Of a DNA stretch of 32,973 nt, positions 24,830 through 32,696 are shown one piece after another; the stretch's first letter is position 1, and each line of letters starts with the position of its first letter. The translations under genes and the position numbers were made by a program. The stretch lies in the IMG/VR virus record IMGVR_UViG_3300043399_000882, positions 1-32,973 of that record. One strand, given 5' to 3'. Source of the stretch: a virus (lineage: Duplodnaviria > Caudoviricetes). Below the pieces are notes generated by a model. It had not been told where the DNA came from. It did not search any database and was given only the letters and a program-made list of their open reading frames with translations.

Positions 24830-26976
24830 GCACCAGTTTTTACAGGATTTCCGTTACTATCGTTCAAAATGCCGTTGCCTCCGGTGCCTACATATCCCTC
24901 AGGTTGTATACCTTTTTCCCTAAATTTTGCCAAATACTCATTATAATACTGAGTTCTATTAGCTAAATGATTTAAGCCCCCGTTAACTAATCCAGTGACT
25001 TGTCTTTGATCGCTCCAATCAAAAGTTGGATCAGTAGCAGGCTTATCCATGTATCGATTTTTAAATCCTCGCTTATAAACATTGAAGAAATACAGAACTG
25101 ATTTGGCAGCCCACTCTAAACTTTCTAGTTTATCCGGGCTGTTTACAAAATCCTGTCCTAAAGACTTAGAGATCTTAGCATAAACATCTCTGCCAGTTAA
25201 CTGTATAAAGCCACGCCCTTTAAACTTGGCCCCATCGCCAGGTTGAGTGTTACCCAAATCGGCTCTACCATCATATTTGGCAAAATAGCTATCTCCACCG
25301 AGTTCTTTTAGATGAACAAACCCGCCACTTTCAACTTTGCATTGGGCCATCCAAGCAGCCAATTTCACAGGATCAGTAACTCCACCAGCAATAAGAGTCG
25401 CTTGAAGATATGCTTCATTAGAAGCAGCACTTTTTGATGCTGGCAGTTCTACCGGATCAGTATTCACCGGTACTGGAGAATCGGCGCTAATAGGCGCAGT
25501 CGGACTTGATTTCAAATCCCCAGATCGCTTGACTGAAATATCAGTTGAGCTCGGAGAAAATCTAGAAGGATTAATATTTTCATGATGGTCCCACGGCTCA
25601 TGTGTAGGAACTCGCTGCATAATGCTAGTGATACTTGAGCTCTTAAAAAAGTTGCCATTTGCCCACCCAGACGACGGACTTCTGTTAGGTAAATTAAATT
25701 TTTCAAGCTGCGTGGGCTGCGTCGGAGCATTGGCAACTTCAGCGGCAGGGCCATTAAAATGTACATCTGCGCCTGTTAGCAGCACATTGCCAGCTGCTCC
25801 GAGGCTGATATTTGCGCCGCTGTTTAATCTCATACCACCTTCACTAATTATGTTTGATGTGGCTCCGGCTTGAATCTTTAAATCAGATCCAACTGTTAGA
25901 TTGTATTCCCCGCCAAACTGTAATTTGCCATTATCACCGCATACTAGATAAAATCTATCAACAGAGTTGATTTCCATGCCACCGTAAGCATTCATGTTGA
26001 TATTTCTCCCTGCTTCAATATTAACATCTCGATCAGCTCTGAAGTTAAAATCTTGCTCTGTATGAATACTTACGCTATCTCTAGCATAGATATCAATCTT
26101 ACCGTTGCTAGTTAATTCGACCCATGCTGTACCTTTGCTATTAGCAATGTATATTAGATCATGGCTGTTGTGCATGAGAATTTGATGACCAGTTCTTGTC
26201 CTAATCCTCACAAGTTCGTTTTGTCCGTTAACATCACCATCGTCCATGACAAATGTAGATCCGCCTAATCTACTGACTGGTATCCTAATTTTTCTGTCAT
26301 ATCCAATTTCTCCTCGTTTAGCATTAATAGAAGTATCTACCGGGCCCGGAGTGCTAATGCCAAAAACACTGCTTGGCACTTCCCTACGAGCGCTGCTAGA
26401 AGTTACTCCCCTAACAGTATCTAAGAGTAACCCCTGAGCCAATAGTCTATCGGCAAAGGGGTGAACTGGTTTCCCTATTCTCTCAACGTTGGTATTTTCT
26501 AATCGTTGTGTACTTTTATTATATTCAGCGACAGGCAGGTATGTTGTACCGTATTTTCTTTCTTGCTCAGGAGTAAGAATAGTTTGCTTACTAGCCGCAA
26601 TTCCGGGAACCATGTGATTTTGGAACATGTCCTGGACGCACCCCATCCAGTACCCCTGGTTCGGATCACCGTCAATGAAAATTACCATAACAGTTGTGCC
26701 GACGTCGGGCGGAACCATCCACATTCCGTAGCTTTTTTGCACATCGTTAAAATCTCCAGAGTTGTTTCCTTCAAATCTAGAGCTAGTCACACCATAAAAC
26801 GGATTTAAGTACCGAACGATATAAGTTTCACCTTGACTCATTACTGAGTTGGGGATGCCTTTAATGATAGCCACTTCTAAACTACCCATGTACGTTGGGT
26901 CTAGTAGGTTTGTAACTTCTGCTAAAAACGGTCCAGGTGTCGGTAATTTCCCTCTCGATCTTGTATCTATTGCCAT
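24826..26976 (-). CDS. gp5: Baseplate central spike (gp5/VgrG-like OB fold plus beta-helix) with C-terminal glycoside hydrolase family 19 domain
   Basis: OB-fold motif YGMWMVPPDVGTTVMVIFIDGDPNQGYWMG, then RTRTGHQILM and a run of beta-helix repeats. The C-terminal GH19 motifs are AAWMAQCKVESGG...LKEL...LGNTQPGDGAKFKGRGFIQLTGR...VNGGLNHLANR. Confidence 0.88.
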   Translation of the reverse strand: MAIDTRSRGKLPTPGPFLAEVTNLLDPTYMGSLEVAIIKGIPNSVMSQGETYIVRYLNPFYGVTSSRFEGNNSGDFNDVQKSYGMWMVPPDVGTTVMVIFIDGDPNQGYWMGCVQDMFQNHMVPGIAASKQTILTPEQERKYGTTYLPVAEYNKSTQRLENTNVERIGKPVHPFADRLLAQGLLLDTVRGVTSSSARREVPSSVFGISTPGPVDTSINAKRGEIGYDRKIRIPVSRLGGSTFVMDDGDVNGQNELVRIRTRTGHQILMHNSHDLIYIANSKGTAWVELTSNGKIDIYARDSVSIHTEQDFNFRADRDVNIEAGRNINMNAYGGMEINSVDRFYLVCGDNGKLQFGGEYNLTVGSDLKIQAGATSNIISEGGMRLNSGANISLGAAGNVLLTGADVHFNGPAAEVANAPTQPTQLEKFNLPNRSPSSGWANGNFFKSSSITSIMQRVPTHEPWDHHENINPSRFSPSSTDISVKRSGDLKSSPTAPISADSPVPVNTDPVELPASKSAASNEAYLQATLIAGGVTDPVKLAAWMAQCKVESGGFVHLKELGGDSYFAKYDGRADLGNTQPGDGAKFKGRGFIQLTGRDVYAKISKSLGQDFVNSPDKLESLEWAAKSVLYFFNVYKRGFKNRYMDKPATDPTFDWSDQRQVTGLVNGGLNHLANRTQYYNEYLAKFREKGIQPEGYVGTGGNGILNDSNGNPVKTGA

Positions 26977-26987
26977 AGTTTATGCTT

Positions 26988-29900
26988 TCACGACATTAAT
27001 TTGTCTAACGGACTGCTGCCTGATGATTTGCTGCCAAATTTAGATGTCACAGATGTAGCAACAGTATTTGCTGTATTTAAAACTTGATTACCTAGTGATG
27101 AAATAGAAGATTCTACAGATTTTATAGAACCAGTTATTGACGAAATTTGCGATTGGGCGGACTGTAGTTTACCTCGCAGCGCTGTCGTATCGACGGGGTT
27201 CGAAGTCATAAGCTGAGAATTTAACACCGCTTGAGGAGAACTGGCAAGTTGATCAATAGCCCCGTCAACTGCTGCTGTCGGGGCCGTCACAAATGGTTGC
27301 GTTGCTGGAATATTTGCGAGTTTTGCCGTAGATAGGTATTCCAACGATAACCCAGTAGCAACTGCCGCAGACAAGTTAGTGTTTTCAGGTATTTTATCTG
27401 ATATTTGTTTTAATTCATCAAGCACTTTGCTTTTAATATTATCACCTAAACCAGATAACTGAGAAGCGTTAATACCAAATTTACTAGCAATTGCTGCTGG
27501 ATCTGTGGTCGTTCCGTCGAGTAGACTAGTAATTTTATTGCCTGCATCAGAAACTAGCTTTGCAGCATCATTCTTGATAAAGTTGACCTTGGTCATCGCC
27601 GAATCAGTTACAGAAACTACCGAGTCAACTACTTTGCTACCAATGTTTTTTACATCAGAAATTTGTTTTTCAGCATTTTGAACAAATGCTGTTGCTCCTT
27701 CGCCTATTCCAGAACCCACAACAGACACTTGATTTTTTAAAGTGGCTGCTTGAGTTTGTATTGTATTAACAATCGTGGAACTGATTTTATTAGATGATTC
27801 GGCAGATCCAATAGATGACGCTGCTTGAGATATAGATGCAACATTACCCAAACTACTCTGAGTTAGAGCGACTAACCCAGATGCTTGCATCCTAATGCCG
27901 GAGGCAAGCTGTGAAACACCTCCAGGAATGTTTCCACCAAATATCGCTGCTGCCGAAGTTAACTTGCCAATTCCGCTCGAAACAGCGCCACTAACCTGAG
28001 TAAGTAAAGAATTTGAAGTCCCTCCTAGACCCCCAACAGCATTTGTAAAATTGCTTAATACTCCGGGCAATCCGGGACTTGCTATACCCCTACCCAATGT
28101 AGTTAGTAAATTTAAATTTTGTGGACGCTGACCGGCATTAGTTCCGGTGGTTGAATCAGTCGCAACTTGATCGTTTGGGTTTGGCACAGTTTTTATAGTG
28201 TCCTTGATAGCTGTAGGTTCACCTTTATTAACAATCTGCCCGGGCATTCTCATAATACTCAAACGCTGTTTAAACACACCATCGTTAAAAGTGCTTACAA
28301 CCGTGTTCACTGCGTAGATCCCACTAAAGGGAACCTTTTCCGAATCAAAATATAATCTCCCGCCGTTTTCCGTTGATGTTAAATCAACTGGGTTTCTAAA
28401 ATTAATTGTAATTAAGACTTGCCCGTTTAGGTATGCCGCCTCATTATCCACCGTAATAGTTCTACTAAGAGTCGTTGGAATATAATTTCCTATACCCCCA
28501 GTAACTACATATAAGGGATCTCCAATAATCTCAATCTCACCAGTAAGCATGTTCGATGTGGAATCAACAACAGCCTTGTGCATGGTTCTTGCTAAAGAAT
28601 AGTAAGAATCTCTCTGAGGTTGCCCGCCGCTAACTCCCATTTCCGAAACAGATTGTGGTACTTGAAATACTGTAGGGACTACATTTCCACTAACTTGTAT
28701 CTTACCAACATCGTCACCAGTTCTCTGTGCTTGAACATCGTTCGATCTACCAGCTGCGTTAGGGCTCTTACCACTGTCACTATTACCAAAAGCATTTGGT
28801 ATGGCTTCAAAGTAGAGATTATTAAAATTTAATTTAAAATTCAATATATCAACATTCTGTCCAGTATACATGTAGTTGTATTCTCGGATACTCAACGACG
28901 AAATCTTGTCAATTTTATACTGCTGTCCTTGAAGTCCAGGAACTTTTGTAAAATGTATTTTGTAAGGGGTAACTACATATGTAAATTTTTGAAAAGGCTT
29001 CCTAGAACTAGGGTCTATCTCAGATTTATTTGATATTTTTGTAGTAATTAAAAAGTAATCTATAAATCCGTACTCATCTATTACTTTAGGGTCTTCCAAA
29101 TTTCTAAGCTTATTACGGATAAATTCACTATCCACTATCAGCGCGGCGATAATTTCATTAATTCGTTGCTTTTCTGCGAATTGAACCTGCGGCGGAGTGC
29201 CTTTTGAAGGATGAAGTTTGACTGTTTCAGGAGATTTAGCTTGTTCTTCTGCGGTGGGTTGCTGTTTGCCACTTTCTTTTTGTGCGGTTGGCTTGGAGTT
29301 TTCGCCTGGATCTGGGAACTTATAAATTGCGTTACTTTTTAAAAGTTCGTCAACTGCTGCTTTCCCAATATCATTAGTCGAGTTATAATCAAGAGTCCCG
29401 TCCGGTGATAAGACAGGAAACAGAATCTCATATTCGTCATAATTCTTAACATTTGTACTTGATTTAGCTTTGCCGTCATCATCTTTGCCTTGCTTGGTAA
29501 TTTTGATCATCAAATCTTCTAGGATTTCCTGAACAGTGTTACCAGCCATATTAATCGACTTCTTGAGGACACTAGGTTGTCCATGGACTTTTTGATCAAA
29601 AGGAACACCAGCACATCTATACTTGGTTCCTTGCTCGCTGACATCTACTTCAACGCCGGAGAACCCGAATACAAAATATCTTTCAGCATTTGGTATTTTA
29701 ACTGGCGTGCCGACTAGGTCCGAATCCGGATATCCCCAGAATTCTAACTTTAAAACATAGCTGGCTTGTGCATATGTTGGATATCCAGCAGCGATAGCAG
29801 ATACTTGTAATGCTTCAATAAAGCCATTAATACTATATGGTTCAGTTACTTCAAATTTTATTCCGGTTGGTAGTGTTGTTCCTCCAGCCTCTGTAAAACT

Positions 29901-30383
29901 CATTATAGTTTCGATTTCGACGTTGTTAATAAACATGTCGAATCTGCCAGGACTGTTCTTGTTAAAACTATCAACAAGATCTTTACCAGAAAAATCAGTC
30001 TCAGTAATATCTTTCACTGATCTTACCAAGATTCTACCGCCTTCTCTAATTTCCGTAACGTCTTGACCAACTACCTTATCAATCCCAAACACATTCGTAG
30101 AAATACCTAGTGTGCCTTTTCCTCCAGACTTTAGGATTACTAGATCCAAAGCACTATTTCTGTAAGAATCTGGATTTTCTACCGCATCCTTTCTTAGCGC
30201 CGCTAGTGTAAAATTATAAGAATAAGACCGATACCCGTCTAATACATTATGAATCGAGTTTTGAGTGACGCTAGGAGCTGATGGAGCCGCAGTAGTTTCG
30301 TCAACTTTTGTTTTGCGTTCAGTATTTGAAGAGTCGAATGATCGTAATAATTGTGCTGCGCTCTTTGTTTGAACTGTAGACAT
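26988..30383 (-). CDS. Baseplate hub protein (gp27/GpD-like) with long low-complexity Ser/Ala/Gly C-terminal extension
   Basis: Lies between the gp53-like and gp5-like genes. Hub-type motifs GEIEIIGDP and FSGIYAVNTVVSTFNDGVFKQRLSIMR are present, and the last ~380 aa are S/A/G/T-rich and almost free of aromatics. Confidence 0.65.
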   Translation of the reverse strand: MSTVQTKSAAQLLRSFDSSNTERKTKVDETTAAPSAPSVTQNSIHNVLDGYRSYSYNFTLAALRKDAVENPDSYRNSALDLVILKSGGKGTLGISTNVFGIDKVVGQDVTEIREGGRILVRSVKDITETDFSGKDLVDSFNKNSPGRFDMFINNVEIETIMSFTEAGGTTLPTGIKFEVTEPYSINGFIEALQVSAIAAGYPTYAQASYVLKLEFWGYPDSDLVGTPVKIPNAERYFVFGFSGVEVDVSEQGTKYRCAGVPFDQKVHGQPSVLKKSINMAGNTVQEILEDLMIKITKQGKDDDGKAKSSTNVKNYDEYEILFPVLSPDGTLDYNSTNDIGKAAVDELLKSNAIYKFPDPGENSKPTAQKESGKQQPTAEEQAKSPETVKLHPSKGTPPQVQFAEKQRINEIIAALIVDSEFIRNKLRNLEDPKVIDEYGFIDYFLITTKISNKSEIDPSSRKPFQKFTYVVTPYKIHFTKVPGLQGQQYKIDKISSLSIREYNYMYTGQNVDILNFKLNFNNLYFEAIPNAFGNSDSGKSPNAAGRSNDVQAQRTGDDVGKIQVSGNVVPTVFQVPQSVSEMGVSGGQPQRDSYYSLARTMHKAVVDSTSNMLTGEIEIIGDPLYVVTGGIGNYIPTTLSRTITVDNEAAYLNGQVLITINFRNPVDLTSTENGGRLYFDSEKVPFSGIYAVNTVVSTFNDGVFKQRLSIMRMPGQIVNKGEPTAIKDTIKTVPNPNDQVATDSTTGTNAGQRPQNLNLLTTLGRGIASPGLPGVLSNFTNAVGGLGGTSNSLLTQVSGAVSSGIGKLTSAAAIFGGNIPGGVSQLASGIRMQASGLVALTQSSLGNVASISQAASSIGSAESSNKISSTIVNTIQTQAATLKNQVSVVGSGIGEGATAFVQNAEKQISDVKNIGSKVVDSVVSVTDSAMTKVNFIKNDAAKLVSDAGNKITSLLDGTTTDPAAIASKFGINASQLSGLGDNIKSKVLDELKQISDKIPENTNLSAAVATGLSLEYLSTAKLANIPATQPFVTAPTAAVDGAIDQLASSPQAVLNSQLMTSNPVDTTALRGKLQSAQSQISSITGSIKSVESSISSLGNQVLNTANTVATSVTSKFGSKSSGSSPLDKLMS

Positions 30384-30385
30384 TA

Positions 30386-30685
30386 TTAGATCCCCAACGC
30401 AAGTTTAATAGTCGTGATCTTGGGCAGATATATCTTAACACCAGATTCTAAATCAAAAACTGGATCTTTAATCACAGATTTATTCCTAACAGCAAATACC
30501 CACCACAGACCCACATCTTTATACAAATCATGGGCTAACAAGTCCGGACGGTATTCGTAGTTTTTTGTTACTTCAAAAAGTATATCATCTGTTTCTTCAG
30601 GCAAATCTCTAAAATCGATCACATCTAAATATCCAGAAGTCATAGATGTTGTGTAATACGGGCTTGTGTTTTTATAAGATATCAT
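30386..30685 (-). CDS. gp53: Baseplate wedge protein (T4 gp53 / LysM-like, tail X)
   Basis: YEYRPDLLAHDLY....LWWVFAVRN..IKDPVFDL..G..IYLP is the gp53/LysM-like signature. Confidence 0.8.
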   Translation of the reverse strand: MISYKNTSPYYTTSMTSGYLDVIDFRDLPEETDDILFEVTKNYEYRPDLLAHDLYKDVGLWWVFAVRNKSVIKDPVFDLESGVKIYLPKITTIKLALGI

Positions 30686-31620
30686 AGATAACCTGCTTTT
30701 CTAACATACTTTTGATTCAACCACCCAGTTACATTGAATTTACGCATTTCGTCTCTGCTATAAATTGGATTGCATGTAACCTCAATAGTTGACATCACGG
30801 GCACAGCAGTCTTTTCATATTTTCCAGAAATAGTTTTGCCGTAAGTAAAATAATCCACATTATCCGGAAGAGTGAGGCTAAAGCTAGAAATGACAACTGG
30901 CACATTCTGTAACATAAAAGTTCCATAAGCGTTTAGCCTACAAACTGGAGGCGGTGCTCCGCTATCAGCATCACCAGAACTTCCGCCACTTCTCATTTTA
31001 GTCAATGATCTCAGCAAATGAACCGTGGCAATAAAAGTTTCTGCTTCCGAGTCATTTTGCACTGTAAACTTACCACTAATTGTAATAGGTTCGACCTTAC
31101 TTCTTTTATAAAAATAAACTGAAAAGTTAGAATGAAGAGGCTGTTGATCTGTATACTCAGCAGAGTGTTTAACACTAATGGTCGGTGTGTATGGGAAAAT
31201 AATTCCCTGGAGTTGTTTCAAAACAAGATCTGATCCAGAAGTTAGATCAGTCAAGTAATCATCAGGCACTCGAATTTTAACACGCATGTCTGAATTAATC
31301 TGATCTCCGGCAATACTCTTGAATGTGACTGATACGTCTGGAGGACTTGGCTGTAGGGCACCAGGCGGTACCTTAGAATTCCTACCCTCATTTGAATAAT
31401 TGCTAGTGTTGGTAGTAGTGTCTCCAACAATTTCAGCATTTTCATATTTTACCGCAGTGTTAACATCGGACTGCGACGGTACCGTGACTTGCGTTGGCAG
31501 TGGCGGTAACCCCCCTCTCGCCCTAATGAACGGATCAGTGGGGTCGGCGCTGCCTAACCACTTAAGTTGATCTCCAGTTAATCCTGCTTTAGCTGCTTCA
31601 ATTTCTTCTGGTGTAGCCAT
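30682..31620 (-). CDS. Tail tube initiator / baseplate-tube junction protein (gp48/gp54-like)
   Basis: GIIFPYTPTISV.H.A.Y...ITISGKFTVQN..EA...LRSLTKM...GAPPPVCRLNAYG..ML.NVPVVISSF is a tube-fold motif. It is the first gene of the operon and has an AAGGA Shine-Dalgarno. Confidence 0.7.
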   Translation of the reverse strand: MATPEEIEAAKAGLTGDQLKWLGSADPTDPFIRARGGLPPLPTQVTVPSQSDVNTAVKYENAEIVGDTTTNTSNYSNEGRNSKVPPGALQPSPPDVSVTFKSIAGDQINSDMRVKIRVPDDYLTDLTSGSDLVLKQLQGIIFPYTPTISVKHSAEYTDQQPLHSNFSVYFYKRSKVEPITISGKFTVQNDSEAETFIATVHLLRSLTKMRSGGSSGDADSGAPPPVCRLNAYGTFMLQNVPVVISSFSLTLPDNVDYFTYGKTISGKYEKTAVPVMSTIEVTCNPIYSRDEMRKFNVTGWLNQKYVRKAGYL

Positions 31621-31636
31621 GGTATATCCTTTATCA

Positions 31637-31644
31637 TATTTACC
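31637..31644 (-). promoter_or_regulatory. Putative gp55-dependent late promoter at the head of the structural operon
   Basis: GGTAAATA lies 16 nt upstream of the ATG at 31620, followed by an AAGGA Shine-Dalgarno. The TAAATA core matches the T4 late consensus TATAAATA. Confidence 0.55.
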
Positions 31645-31677
31645 AAAATAAATAAAGTACTAAGTTATCTAAATTGA

Positions 31678-31705
31678 TTGACAACTGCCATTTCAATGTT
31701 ACAAT
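31678..31705 (+). promoter_or_regulatory. Sigma70-type early promoter for gp55
   Basis: TTGACA (31678-83), a 16-nt spacer and TACAAT (31700-05), with a TGn extended -10 and AT-rich sequence upstream. Confidence 0.75.
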
Positions 31706-31723
31706 TAAAAAAATTATAAAAAT

Positions 31724-32638
31724 ATGTCCGAATTCCCCGCAACACTAAGAAAAGTCAAGTACTTAAACAACAGAGATTTGCTTGCTGAAATACACAGAAG
31801 TAAATGCTCGTTTTCAAAATTCACCGGTCCTGAGCACAGTCAATATGACATTATCCTAACCAGCTTATCTCAGATTAACGATAAAGTTTTAGCCGAGGCC
31901 AAAAAGAATCGCGCGAAACGAATCGGTGTTCAACTGTTCACCGAAGCTAGAAATTCCGGAGACAAAAAATCAAAACTGTCTGAATGTACCCCAGACCCCG
32001 AAACAATCAACGAGACTGACTTGATCATCAGAATAATGACCTACGATCACATACCGTTGGCTCCTGGAAGAAAGAAAACAACAAAATCAGTCGCCGATAG
32101 TCATGAAAAGGTAAACTTCCCCCCATTCCAGCATTGGAAATACAATGACGAAGGTGAACTCGTTTGTGTAGGTAAAAGTCACTGGATCGGAGATCTCCAA
32201 ACTGGGAAATTTAGTAAGGATCATGGACGAATTACTGAAAACTTAGGTAGAATGTTTATGAAACTAAGTGAAAGGTATGCGCAAAGAAGCAACTGGAGAG
32301 GCTACACGTATGTTGACGAAATGCGAGGACAGGCGATTCTACAACTAAGCCAGGTCGGTTTACAGTTTGATGAGTCCAAGTCAGAAAACCCATTTGCGTA
32401 CTATACTTCAGCGATCACCAACTCATTCACAAGAATTTTGAATATTGAGAAGAAAAATCAAAATATCCGTGATGACCTACTTGAAGACGCAGGGCTAACC
32501 CCTAGTCTAACTAGACAAAATTCTCATGAATATGCTGAAGAAATTGCTAGACAAGCCGAAATTTATAAAAACATGAAGCTTCCAAAAAGCGAAGACTGTG
32601 AATTCGAAGAGGATGACGAATTCAAAGAAACTGACTAA
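31724..32638 (+). CDS. gp55: Phage late-transcription sigma factor (T4 gp55-like)
   Basis: N-terminal KYLNNRDLLAEI, core LGRMFMKLSERYAQRSNWRGYTYVDEM...FDESKSENPFAYYTSAITNSFTRILNIEKK, and an acidic tail. It is adjacent to gp47, as in T4-like phages. Confidence 0.88.
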   Translation: MSEFPATLRKVKYLNNRDLLAEIHRSKCSFSKFTGPEHSQYDIILTSLSQINDKVLAEAKKNRAKRIGVQLFTEARNSGDKKSKLSECTPDPETINETDLIIRIMTYDHIPLAPGRKKTTKSVADSHEKVNFPPFQHWKYNDEGELVCVGKSHWIGDLQTGKFSKDHGRITENLGRMFMKLSERYAQRSNWRGYTYVDEMRGQAILQLSQVGLQFDESKSENPFAYYTSAITNSFTRILNIEKKNQNIRDDLLEDAGLTPSLTRQNSHEYAEEIARQAEIYKNMKLPKSEDCEFEEDDEFKETD

Positions 32639-32643
32639 ATCTA

Positions 32644-32672
32644 TTGATATCAAAGTTAAATTATGCTAAACT
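32644..32672 (+). promoter_or_regulatory. Sigma70-type promoter for gp47
   Basis: TTGATA (32644-49), a 17-nt spacer and TAAACT (32667-72), with a TGn extended -10. Confidence 0.6.
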
Positions 32673-32693
32673 CTAAGTTGGGAGATTAGCATA
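32662..32693 (+). promoter_or_regulatory. Inverted repeat/hairpin covering the gp47 Shine-Dalgarno
   Basis: TATGCTAA-A-CTCT-aagttg-GGAG-A-TTAGCATA forms an 8-bp perfect outer stem plus an inner CTCT/GGAG pairing. No U-tract follows. Confidence 0.6.
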
Positions 32694-32696
32694 TTC

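Noticed and set aside
21530-26180. His-Asn-Ser tripeptides (QHNS in gp6, MHNS in gp5) as intein C-termini
   Set aside because: There is no matching N-terminal Cys/Ser block or LAGLIDADG motif, and the surrounding sequence fits the host protein fold.
1282-31445. About 20 short ORFs (60-125 aa) antisense to or nested in the large structural genes
   Set aside because: They are shadow ORFs of long coding regions, with no recognisable motifs or translation signals.
32662-32693. Hairpin after gp55 as an intrinsic terminator
   Set aside because: The stem is AT-rich, has no U-tract and overlaps the next gene's Shine-Dalgarno. It is reported as a regulatory hairpin instead.
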